A stretch of 64,000 nucleotides of DNA, from the NCBI GenBank assembly GCA_963755715.1, contig CAVWLW010000057.1, forward strand, positions 32,001 to 96,000, in the 5' to 3' direction. Source of the DNA: an uncultured delta proteobacterium. GTDB lineage: Bacteria > Desulfobacterota > Binatia > UBA9968. The position numbers and the translations under genes are program-made. Shown piece after piece: positions 10,991 through 19,576 of this stretch (positions are counted from its first letter, which is position 1; each line of letters opens with the position of its first letter). The notes beneath the pieces are model-generated. The model ran no database searches. It was not told the DNA's origin and saw only the letters and a list, made by a program, of their open reading frames with translations.

Positions 10991-12004
10991 ATGCGGCAAA
11001 TTTCTTCGATGAAGGCAAAATTTTTTGCACTCGTCTGTCTCATCATTCTTTTAATGATTGCGATTGGTCGTTCGCTCTATGCCGCTTCCCCGTCGCCGAC
11101 CATCGTTCGCGTCGGCTACCCGCAACTGAACGGCGCCGTCATACCGCTCTGGACCATTCAAGAAGGCAAGCTCGATCGGCCTTACGGCGTCGACTTCAAG
11201 CCGATTTATATCCCAGGAGGCTCGCGTCTGACGCAGACCGCGGTTTCAGGCGACGTCGACATCGCCTTGACCGGTGGCGCGGTGATCAACGCGATCTTGA
11301 GCGGCGCCGAGTTGATGTATATCGCGCTTCAAGTGCCGACCTATGCCTTTTCGCTGTACGGCCGGCCCGAAGTCAAAGAGGTGTCGGACCTGCGCGGCAA
11401 GATTCTCGGCGTCATCACCAAAGGCGCGGCTTCCGACCACGCTTCCATCGCGCTTTTGCGGCTACACAAGATGACTCAGAAAGACATGAAGGTTTTATAT
11501 TTTTCGCGCCAGCAAGACGCCCTCGCCGCGCTCGATAAAGGCATCGTCAATGCCGCGGTGCTTTCCGCGCCGACCACACTGATGGCGCGCCGTCTCGGCT
11601 ACAAGCAGGTCGTCAACATTGGATCGCTCAAGCTCCCCTACACCTTTATCGGTGCGGCGGTAAACCGCTCCCTCGCGCGCCAAAATCCTGAGGTGATCAA
11701 GTCGTTCTTGAAAGCCTTCATGGCAGGTTTGAAAGCTTCTAAAGACCAACCGGCTCTCGCCAAGCAGTCCTCGGCGCGCCATTTCGGCAGCCAAGATCCG
11801 GAAATTGCGGACGAGGCTTACAATTCTTTTGTCCCGCTGTTTCCGAGAGTGCCTTATGTCCTCGAAGAAGCCGTGCGCGGCACCCTTGCGGCGACGGATC
11901 ATCCCAAAGCAGCCACGGCAGATCCGAAGATGTTTTTCGACAACCGCTTCCTTCAGGAACTCGAGTCGAGTGGATTCGTTAAAGAGCTTTACGGCAACAA
12001 GTAA
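10991..12004 (+). CDS. ABC transporter substrate-binding protein (NMT1/THI5/TauA-like)
   Basis: Signal peptide; VRVGYPQ, SGDVDIA, DLRGKILGV and PKMFFDNRFLQELESSGF motifs. Confidence 0.88.
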   Translation: MRQISSMKAKFFALVCLIILLMIAIGRSLYAASPSPTIVRVGYPQLNGAVIPLWTIQEGKLDRPYGVDFKPIYIPGGSRLTQTAVSGDVDIALTGGAVINAILSGAELMYIALQVPTYAFSLYGRPEVKEVSDLRGKILGVITKGAASDHASIALLRLHKMTQKDMKVLYFSRQQDALAALDKGIVNAAVLSAPTTLMARRLGYKQVVNIGSLKLPYTFIGAAVNRSLARQNPEVIKSFLKAFMAGLKASKDQPALAKQSSARHFGSQDPEIADEAYNSFVPLFPRVPYVLEEAVRGTLAATDHPKAATADPKMFFDNRFLQELESSGFVKELYGNK

Positions 12005-12055
12005 AGAATGGATTAGCTTTTCTTGGCGTGGCGCGGCTCATGGCCGGCTTTGTGA

Positions 12056-13279
12056 TCAGCTCTCGCCGCCCAACCGGACTAACGCCGCCTTGATGCTCGA
12101 GCGCATGCGTTCGAGCGCGCGCGATAGTTCGCCGAACTCGCTTTTGTCGTCGGTCCCCAGCGCGGGAGCATCGAGATCGCCGCTGCTGATTCGGTGCGCC
12201 GCTCGGACCAAACGCAGGATCGGCCGATTGATTCTCCAAGCGAGATAAACGGCCATCAAGACGCCGCCGCCAACTACGAGCAACAGAACTTTGACAAGCG
12301 GCATCACGTCTCGATTGATCTCGGAGGTGATTTCATCACGCCATAACCCAAGCCGCACTGCGCCGATTTTACCATCCATCACCGGTACGGTCACTTCATA
12401 GACAACGCCATCGCCCAGTCGAAAACTCCGCTGGCTCTCGGCCCGGATGTCGCCCAAGGCTGTCGTGTTTTGAACTTCCTCGGGCAAGATGTCTAAACTG
12501 TGAGCGAAGATTTTACCGGCGCGATTCTGCACAATGATATAGGCCACCTCCGGTTGATTGACGTGCTTGCGCAATAGTTCGCGGAGCCCTTTGGCGTTAT
12601 TTTTAAATAGATACCCGGCCGCATTGTCGCCGACGTTGATCGCCGTCAGCCGAGCCCTTTCAATCACCTGCCGGCGCAGCGAAGCGAACAGTGTAAAATG
12701 AACCAGAAAAATCGTGAATAGGCCGAACATCGCAACCACGCCGGTGAAACTAACAACCAGCCGGCACGTTAGGCCGTACCTGTACGACGCCCAGCGTGCC
12801 CACACGCTGCTCGGCGCAGATCGGCGTCTCCCCAATGCGAAATCGGCGCGGGTCTCGGCTGAGGCGATGGGCCGCTCGGAATAAGTTTCTTCGGTTTGAG
12901 CGTTTTGCCGCCACTGGCGGTTTCGGACTATGACTACTTCCGGTGCTTGGACAATGTTTGACCGGGCCGGAGCCGGCATTTTTCGCGAGCGCTCTTCCTT
13001 GATGATGTACAGAGCCGAAATGATGGCCCGCAACGCCAGGAAGATACCACAGACGCCGAGCACTCCATAAAAGAACGATTCCAGTCCCACGCTGGCCAAC
13101 CAGGCTCGCCCACCAACCGGCTCATTGAAGCTCTTTGCTGAATTAACGCCGCTCTTCTGCGGCGTTGAGAGTTCCGCCAAGGTTATCGAATTGCTTCGCT
13201 CGAAGTATGCGAGCAACACGGCAAAGGATCCAAAGGCGAGAATGAAAATCAAAGTCAAAATGAAGAAACGGCTTCTCAT
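12056..13279 (-). CDS. Membrane protein with an extracytoplasmic sensor (Cache-like) and a terminal HAMP domain, no output domain
   Basis: Several TM segments. HAMP INRPILRLVRAAHRISSGDL...EFGELSRALERMRSSI is followed by only about 11 aa. Confidence 0.8.
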   Translation of the reverse strand: MRSRFFILTLIFILAFGSFAVLLAYFERSNSITLAELSTPQKSGVNSAKSFNEPVGGRAWLASVGLESFFYGVLGVCGIFLALRAIISALYIIKEERSRKMPAPARSNIVQAPEVVIVRNRQWRQNAQTEETYSERPIASAETRADFALGRRRSAPSSVWARWASYRYGLTCRLVVSFTGVVAMFGLFTIFLVHFTLFASLRRQVIERARLTAINVGDNAAGYLFKNNAKGLRELLRKHVNQPEVAYIIVQNRAGKIFAHSLDILPEEVQNTTALGDIRAESQRSFRLGDGVVYEVTVPVMDGKIGAVRLGLWRDEITSEINRDVMPLVKVLLLVVGGGVLMAVYLAWRINRPILRLVRAAHRISSGDLDAPALGTDDKSEFGELSRALERMRSSIKAALVRLGGES

Positions 13280-13578
13280 CGAGATGGTCCGTTAGAAAGC
13301 AAAAGCTGAACTCAAAACAGCCTGACGGCGCCGACAGTCCTTCCCATAATGACCGAATCTTGCAAAAATCGCTGAAAAACTCAATCACGACAAAATTCCA
13401 TACACGACGATGCGGCGCCAGCAAGCGCAGAGACGCGTCAATGACCACTGGAAGTCAGCGCTCAAAGCTCCAAAAGTCAACGTGTGGCACGGTAGCGATT
13501 TACCGGACGCTCGAAGGTTTCGCCGCAGGGCCTGCGCCGCCCCGGATAGCCGGAACGTAAGTGGCGCTAGCGCTTCGG

Positions 13579-14694
13579 CTAGATCAGTTGGTTTTGATCG
13601 AGACGGCTCATCACCGCGCGCAAGCTGGATCGCATCCGCTCCAACGATCGCGCGATCTCGCCGATTTCGTCCGCGCGCTTGAGTTGGAGGGGCACGCCGA
13701 ATTCGCCTTTACTGATTCGGTCCGCATGCTGGACAAGATCAAGGAGGGGCCGATTTAGAGACCACGCGATGTAGACGAATGCCACCGAGATGCCAAGGAG
13801 CGCAACCGCCATCATTGCGACCATCGGTGCCAAAGCGCGCCGCGATTCCGCTTCAATTATCCCGCGCCAAAGACCGAGATGAACGAAACCTTGTCGGCCG
13901 CTACCAACGCGTTTGGCAACTTCATATACGGCCGAGCCGCGATATTGGACCACAGCACCGGGCAACGCGCGTTCGGCCGATCTGGGAAAATCTCGATCCA
14001 AATAGATCGGCAAGTCCTTGGGATGGTGTACGATGATCCTGCCTTGAGCGTCCTCGATAAAAATAAACGCGACCCCGTCTATCGAAGCGTACTTGGCAAT
14101 TATGTTGGCAAGGCTCTGAATCGTTCCCGCTGCCAGATTGCGTGTTGCGATTTCATTGATGCCAAACGCCATGTCATCAGCGCGACTCTCGACTTGCTTG
14201 TCCATAACCCGGCTTAGAAACCCGTAAACGATGATGCCGGCGCTGATGCCGAAGAAAATACCGACCGCGCAAAATGAAACCGTCAGCTTGCCGAGCAAGC
14301 CGTATTGACGCCGTTTGTTTTGTGGCGGCTCTTCAGCGCTAGGCAGCGCGCCCGTCGGCTTGTTCTCGACGTACGCTGTCGGCACCGCGCCTGTAGGTAT
14401 AGCGGCATCCGGCTCGGGGGTCGCTTCTCTCATGGCCCTTTTTGCGCGGGTTACGACCAATAAAAGGGAAAATATCGCCGCGCCGACTATCGTCACCGGG
14501 ACAACTATGTCATTCATCCAACCGTAGTTGGTGCGGTCGAGCGCGGGGGCGAAAATCGCGCCGAATATCGAGACAACTTTTCCTAGTAGGCCGACCACGC
14601 TCCAATGCGAATCGGTAAAATAGAGATAATCTGCCAGTAATCCGCAGAACACGATCGAAAGGATGGTGGGACCGATTAATCGTCGCTTATTCAT
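13579..14694 (-). CDS. Membrane protein with an extracytoplasmic sensor (Cache-like) and a terminal HAMP domain, no output domain; paralog of the adjacent gene
   Basis: HAMP LNRPLLDLVQHADRISKGEF...DEIGEIARSLERMRSSL. Shares YGL..L.VSF, VYEV and V.LGLWR motifs with 12056..13279. Confidence 0.8.
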   Translation of the reverse strand: MNKRRLIGPTILSIVFCGLLADYLYFTDSHWSVVGLLGKVVSIFGAIFAPALDRTNYGWMNDIVVPVTIVGAAIFSLLLVVTRAKRAMREATPEPDAAIPTGAVPTAYVENKPTGALPSAEEPPQNKRRQYGLLGKLTVSFCAVGIFFGISAGIIVYGFLSRVMDKQVESRADDMAFGINEIATRNLAAGTIQSLANIIAKYASIDGVAFIFIEDAQGRIIVHHPKDLPIYLDRDFPRSAERALPGAVVQYRGSAVYEVAKRVGSGRQGFVHLGLWRGIIEAESRRALAPMVAMMAVALLGISVAFVYIAWSLNRPLLDLVQHADRISKGEFGVPLQLKRADEIGEIARSLERMRSSLRAVMSRLDQNQLI

Positions 14695-14928
14695 GAAATG
14701 CGCTTATTGTAATCTATCCGGCGAGCTACTCAAAGCGATCGATTCGCGCCGTCGATTTGAAATGAACGTTCCGCGGCAAGACAATCCGACAGCCAACATG
14801 CGTCGCGAATTTAGCAGTAAACAACTAGATCTCGACCGCAGCGCGCAGCTTACCGCATACTTTTTATTGGCAAGCAGCGAGGCAAGCAATTCCGATACGG
14901 ATCAGGCGCTGAGTCAGGCGAGTGAGCC

Positions 14929-16215
14929 TCAAGCGGATTTGTCATCGAGCTGTAAAGCCGCCAGCGCTTTTTCGATCAACAGGCGTCGGACTTTCTTTTC
15001 CTCCGCCGCCGATACTTTGGCATCGCCCACAACGTGAACAATGCCGTTACCAAGCACCAGTCGATTCGCGCCGACCATCTGGGCGACGGACAGCGCCGAG
15101 GTAATTTGCACGGTGGGGATACCCGCCTTCTCCAACTCGGTTGTGATCGCAGCGCCGCTGCGCGTGCTCGTCCCTCACGTGGAAGTAAGGATGACGGCGT
15201 CGATACCGAGTCTTTTTACCTTGTCGGCCATCTCGCGTCCCATGCGCCGCGTATTCGATAATGGGTTGGCCAAACCGGAAGTTGAAATAAATTCGTCGCA
15301 TAGCGCGCCGATGGCGCCCTCACTTTCAAGCTCGCGCAGGACATCCAACGGCACGAGGCGGTCGGGATCTTGCCGGACGAACTGCGGATCGTAGCCGCCG
15401 TGTGAAATCTCATAGTCTTCGCTCTTCAAGTCGTCGCAATCTTTAATGCTATACGAACCCCAGCGTGTTGCCGCCGAGCCTTGGATCTTGTCGGGATTGC
15501 CCTTCGGTACCAAGCCGCCGTCGGTAATCAACATCACCTTCGCGTTCCGCAAGTCTTTGATGCCCGCAGGCATGGGCACCGGTTGAAACGTCGCCGGCGC
15601 CATTTCCGTCTCGAACGGCTCGCCTCGGGTTTTCGCGAGCACCATTTCGACCAGCCGCTCAGCAGCGCTCTTTTCAACGAACTGATCGCGGATCAGACCG
15701 CGCGCAATATAACCCTCCTCGGCGGGAAAACCGATTGGCTCGTGGCGCATCAATTTGACCGCGAGATGCGCCATCTTCTCCAACACGTCGCGCATCCGCG
15801 CCGCGCTGTCGCCGCTGTCGATGATGTACAGCGGTTCGCGATAAAGATCCGCGCCGGGATTTTCCCGCGCCATACCGGTCACCACCGGGATGCCGATTTG
15901 CGATTGTACCGCCGAACCAAGCGCACCCGCGGCCACGCCATATCGCCCGGCCAAAAAACAGGGTCCGGCGACGAACAAATCGGCCTTGCACGCGCGAATT
16001 TTTTCCAACGCCGCAGCAATCAACGACTCTTGATTCTCGACCGCGTAGTTGTCGCCGCAGATAAGGGTCATCACCAGTCGGGCTTCGGCCCCAAGCAACT
16101 GCTCCAGAAGCTTTCCGGGACCTATCGCACCGTCGCGCGTCTCGAGCGGAGTCCCCGCTTTCTCTTCCCCGCCAAGTCCGCCGAAGAACTGATTTAGATA
16201 ATGAATGACGCGCAT
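14929..16215 (-). CDS. grdB: Glycine/sarcosine/betaine reductase family selenoprotein B (GrdB-like), Sec at UGA 15175-15177
   Basis: MRVIHYLNQFFGGLGGEEKA, ICGDNY, AGRYG and HGGYD motifs. The frame continues through TGA: VILTST-U-GTSTRSGAAITTELEKAGIP, joining ORF 14929..15135. Confidence 0.9.
15148..15162 (-). promoter_or_regulatory. Putative bacterial SECIS hairpin for the GrdB-like gene
   Basis: CGCAGC-GGC-GCTGCG: 6-bp stem with a G-starting loop, beginning 12 nt after the UGA. Confidence 0.65.
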
Positions 16216-16228
16216 GATTCCTCCGGAA

Positions 16229-16307
16229 AGGCACTAGGCATTGGGCAACAGGCAACAGTAAGAAACTTTTGTTCTACTTTTGCCAAATGCCTTTTGCCTC
16301 ATGCCTT
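16229..16307. repeat. Inverted array of heptamer repeats (AGGCAnn x4 facing nTGCCnn x4) forming a long imperfect hairpin
   Basis: aggcact aggcatt gggcaac aggcaac ... ttgccaa atgcctt ttgcctc atgcctt, lying between the grdE-like and grdB-like genes. Confidence 0.65.
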
Positions 16308-16308
16308 C

Positions 16309-17583
16309 TCAATACACCATCGATCTTAGCCGCGACGCGCCCTGTTGGTTCGCAACGCCGACCACGTTCAGCGATTCAATTTCGAACGGTCCGGCAAGCA
16401 ATTCGGCCAGGCCGCTGTTCGCCGCGATCACGCGCTCGACCGGGGGCAGAGTCCAGTTCGTGCTATTGCCGCCAACGCAAACAATCGCGTTCACCTCAGG
16501 AAAATTGAACAACAGCGCCGACTCGACGCGATGATCGCGCGCCAGATCGGTAACCTGCACGGCGGTCTTGATGCCGTCGCATTCCAATAGCCGCGCTGTT
16601 TCGGATAAATCGGTGTGTGGCACTCCGCCGCCGAATTTTGTCAGCACTGCAGCATCGGCTCTGAGCGCCCATTTGACCAGATTGGCGCTAAAGCGCGTGT
16701 TGCGCTCTCGGTCGAAGTTATTAGCCGAGGCGATGGTCGCGACCGTGCCGACAAAATTTATTTCATCCGCTCGATGGCGCCGATAGAGTTCCAGAATCAC
16801 CGGATGGTTTTGATAAAAATAAGTTTCCGCGCCGCCGAGCGAGGTGTGATACGAGGTTACGACTGCGCCATCGAGCCATTCATTCGGATGCAGCAGAGTT
16901 GGCAGCAAGCCGTCGGTGTCCGCGCCGTAAATAATCTGTTCATCGGCTTCCGGCTTTCTCTGGCGTGAAAAAATTTGCCCGATATAAGCGATTCGCGGCA
17001 ACCCGCTTCTGTCGCCTGGGGCGGCAAGCTCGAAGGTCTCCGCGCGCTCGGGTGACTTGTCGAAAGCCGCCCGCGCCAAATGCACGGCGACTTTCAATTG
17101 CGCGGAGCGATAAGCTTTGTGGCGGGAATGGATCGGCAAATCGCCGCGCGTATGCGGGATGACGATCAAATGATGCAAAGCCGCGTAACGCGAGCCCGCC
17201 GCCGCGGCGCCGCTCATCTCCAAAACATAACCGGTGGCGCCACGGGAATCGCCGGGCGATTCTTCGCGCAATGCGGTGACCGCTGCACCCGACAAGACAT
17301 GGGTCGTGCCATTGCCGGCCGTCTGCGGCGGACCGATAATACCTGGCCAATCGGGACTTCCGCCCGGCGCCTTAGCTCTCGGCTCGACGATATCGAAGAT
17401 CGGTCCCGCGCGGCAACTCTCGCCGGGGCGCGCGATCTGAAAGTCGACGGCTTCGATCGCGCCATCTTCGAGGATCAATCGGCTGAGCTCCGCTGCGTCG
17501 ACAACTAGCCTCTTCCCTTCGAGATCGAGTCTTTTTCCAAAACAGATTTCCGTGATCGGGTGGATGGCAAGTGTCAGCGGCAT
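16309..17583 (-). CDS. Glycine/sarcosine/betaine reductase component B alpha/beta subunit (GrdE/GrdG/GrdI-like)
   Basis: IARPGESCR.GPIFDIVEPRAK, G.GTTHVLSGAAV, LPTLLHPNEWLDGAVV, TY.YQNHPVILELY and INFVG motifs. Directly upstream of the grdB-like gene. Confidence 0.88.
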   Translation of the reverse strand: MPLTLAIHPITEICFGKRLDLEGKRLVVDAAELSRLILEDGAIEAVDFQIARPGESCRAGPIFDIVEPRAKAPGGSPDWPGIIGPPQTAGNGTTHVLSGAAVTALREESPGDSRGATGYVLEMSGAAAAGSRYAALHHLIVIPHTRGDLPIHSRHKAYRSAQLKVAVHLARAAFDKSPERAETFELAAPGDRSGLPRIAYIGQIFSRQRKPEADEQIIYGADTDGLLPTLLHPNEWLDGAVVTSYHTSLGGAETYFYQNHPVILELYRRHRADEINFVGTVATIASANNFDRERNTRFSANLVKWALRADAAVLTKFGGGVPHTDLSETARLLECDGIKTAVQVTDLARDHRVESALLFNFPEVNAIVCVGGNSTNWTLPPVERVIAANSGLAELLAGPFEIESLNVVGVANQQGASRLRSMVY

Positions 17584-17707
17584 GAAAGAACCCTGCAAGA
17601 AATTTGATATGAATCTAGTTCTGAACGGACTGCCTTGTCAATTCGCATGATTGGCTTGACATCGGGCCTTTGGCGGCATTACGCTCGTGACAAGAGAGGT
17701 TAACGTC

Positions 17708-18887
17708 ATGGCGAAACAAGGATTCAAAGTATTCGACAGCGACATGCACATCATGGAACCACCCGATCTTTGGGAGCGCTACATCGATCCGCAGTTTCGT
17801 TCCCAAGCGCCGCGCGGCAGGACTTCCGAGAACGTGCGCGATCTCGGCACGATTTTTCCGAAGGTACCGGTAGATACCCGACGCACCGGCGGCACGCCTC
17901 ATCGCGGCCGCAACTTTGACAAAAACCAGGACATCTATCGAAACCATGCGGAGCGTGGCTGGACCGGCGAAGTCCAGCTCGAAGCGATGGACACCGAAGG
18001 CATCGACACCGCCGTGCTGTTTCCCACCCGTGGCCTCGGCATCCTCACGTTCCCCGACCAAGACCCGCGTTTTGCCGCGGCGATGGCGCGCGCCTACAAC
18101 GATTGGCTGCACGATTTTTGCCAAGCCGACCCGAATCGCCTGCTCGGCGCCGGCATGATTTCCGTCTACGATATCGACGACGCCGTGCAGCGAGACCCGC
18201 CGAGTCGCAGAAGAATACGGTTTTCGCTCGGTGTTTCTGCGCTCGAATATCGTCAACGGCAAGAACTGGTACGATCCTTACTACGAGCCGCTGTGGAACC
18301 TGCTCGAAGAACTTAATCTACCGCTCGGTTTCCACGAGGCGTCCGCGTCGCGCTCGCGCCAATGCGCGGAAAATTTCGAGCCGAACTTCGGCCTGCGCCG
18401 GGTTTACGCGCAACCGTTCGAGCAGATGCTCGGCCTCGGCAGCTTCGTCGGCGGCGGCATTCTCGAACGCCATCCGAAAATGAAAGTCGCGTTCCTCGAA
18501 GCAAACTGTTCGTGGCTGCCTTGGCTGCTTTGGCGTCTGGACGAAGGCTACGAGCGCGAGGGCGACATTTTCATGCCGGACTTAAAAATGCCGCCGAGCG
18601 AATATTTCAAGCGCCAGTGCTTCATCTCCGTGGAGCCCGACGAGGCGCCCGCGCGCCATACCATAGAAGAAATCGGTTGCGACCATCTGGTCTTCTCCAC
18701 CGATTATCCGCACGGCGATTCCAAATATCCGCATGCCGTAGAGAGCTTTCTCAAGCTTACGTTGCCCGACGAAGACAAGCGCAAAATTCTCTGGGACAAC
18801 TGCGCGCGCTTCTACGGCGCAACCGATTCGGCAAACGAAAACAAATCCCCTGCGGCCAAAACGATTCCACAACAACCGCATCCATAA
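17708..18887 (+). CDS. Amidohydrolase family protein (Amidohydro_2), frameshift near 18190
   Basis: DSDMHIMEPPDLW, MDTEGIDTAVLFPT and ARAYNDWL, then in the second frame LGFHE, AFLEANCSW, FSTDYPHGDS and KILWDNCARFY. Confidence 0.88.
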
Positions 18888-18896
18888 GGAGGAAAA

Positions 18897-19538
18897 ATGG
18901 AAACACAGACCGAGAGCCAGTCGCAGCCGCAAACCCAGAGCGAGAACGCAATGGATCGCTTTATCCGCAAGACGCGGGCGCTTTTTGCCAAGGAACCCGA
19001 TCTCGACAAGCGCTGGAATGCGCTGCGGCCGATTCTGGCGGAATTGCTCGCCGATCCGCAAGTCATCGCGGCAGCGAAGCAATGGCCGGACTGCGTGCCG
19101 GCGAACGGCCGCGCGGAAAATTTACTTTTCTACGAAGATCCCGATTACGGCTTTGCGATCAACGGCCTCACCAAAGGCGAGGCCCGGCACGGCCAGCGCG
19201 CGCGCATTCATGATCACGCGCATATCTACACGCTCTACGGCGTGCTCGACGGCCGGGAGCGAGTCGTGCGTTATGATCGCCTCGACGATCGCTCGAAACC
19301 CGACTATGCAGAGATCCGCGAGAGCAGCAACGTGCTCGTTAGTCCTGGCGAAATCGACTTGGTCAAGCCGTATGAAATTCATACCGAGCTAACCGTCGGC
19401 GAACGCACCGTGGCCGTCATCATTCGCAGTCAAAAAGGCGGCGATTTCAATCAAGGCCGTTACATTCCGGAGGAAAACAAATACTACGAGAGTCTCGGAC
19501 CGCGGCAGACTCCATGTGAAATGCTGCCGAGAAACTAG
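18897..19538 (+). CDS. Cysteine-dioxygenase-like cupin metalloenzyme
   Basis: LLFYEDPDYGFAIN, IHDH, YGVLDGRE and EIH metal-binding His pattern. Strong AAGGAGG RBS. Confidence 0.7.
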   Translation: METQTESQSQPQTQSENAMDRFIRKTRALFAKEPDLDKRWNALRPILAELLADPQVIAAAKQWPDCVPANGRAENLLFYEDPDYGFAINGLTKGEARHGQRARIHDHAHIYTLYGVLDGRERVVRYDRLDDRSKPDYAEIRESSNVLVSPGEIDLVKPYEIHTELTVGERTVAVIIRSQKGGDFNQGRYIPEENKYYESLGPRQTPCEMLPRN

Positions 19539-19576
19539 GGTCTGATCGGAGCACCCACAACGTTACGGAGAATTTT

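Noticed and set aside
15175-16215. GrdB as a truncated gene plus a separate 68-aa ORF (14929..15135)
   Set aside because: The TGA falls exactly at the family's Sec position and the same frame continues with conserved sequence.
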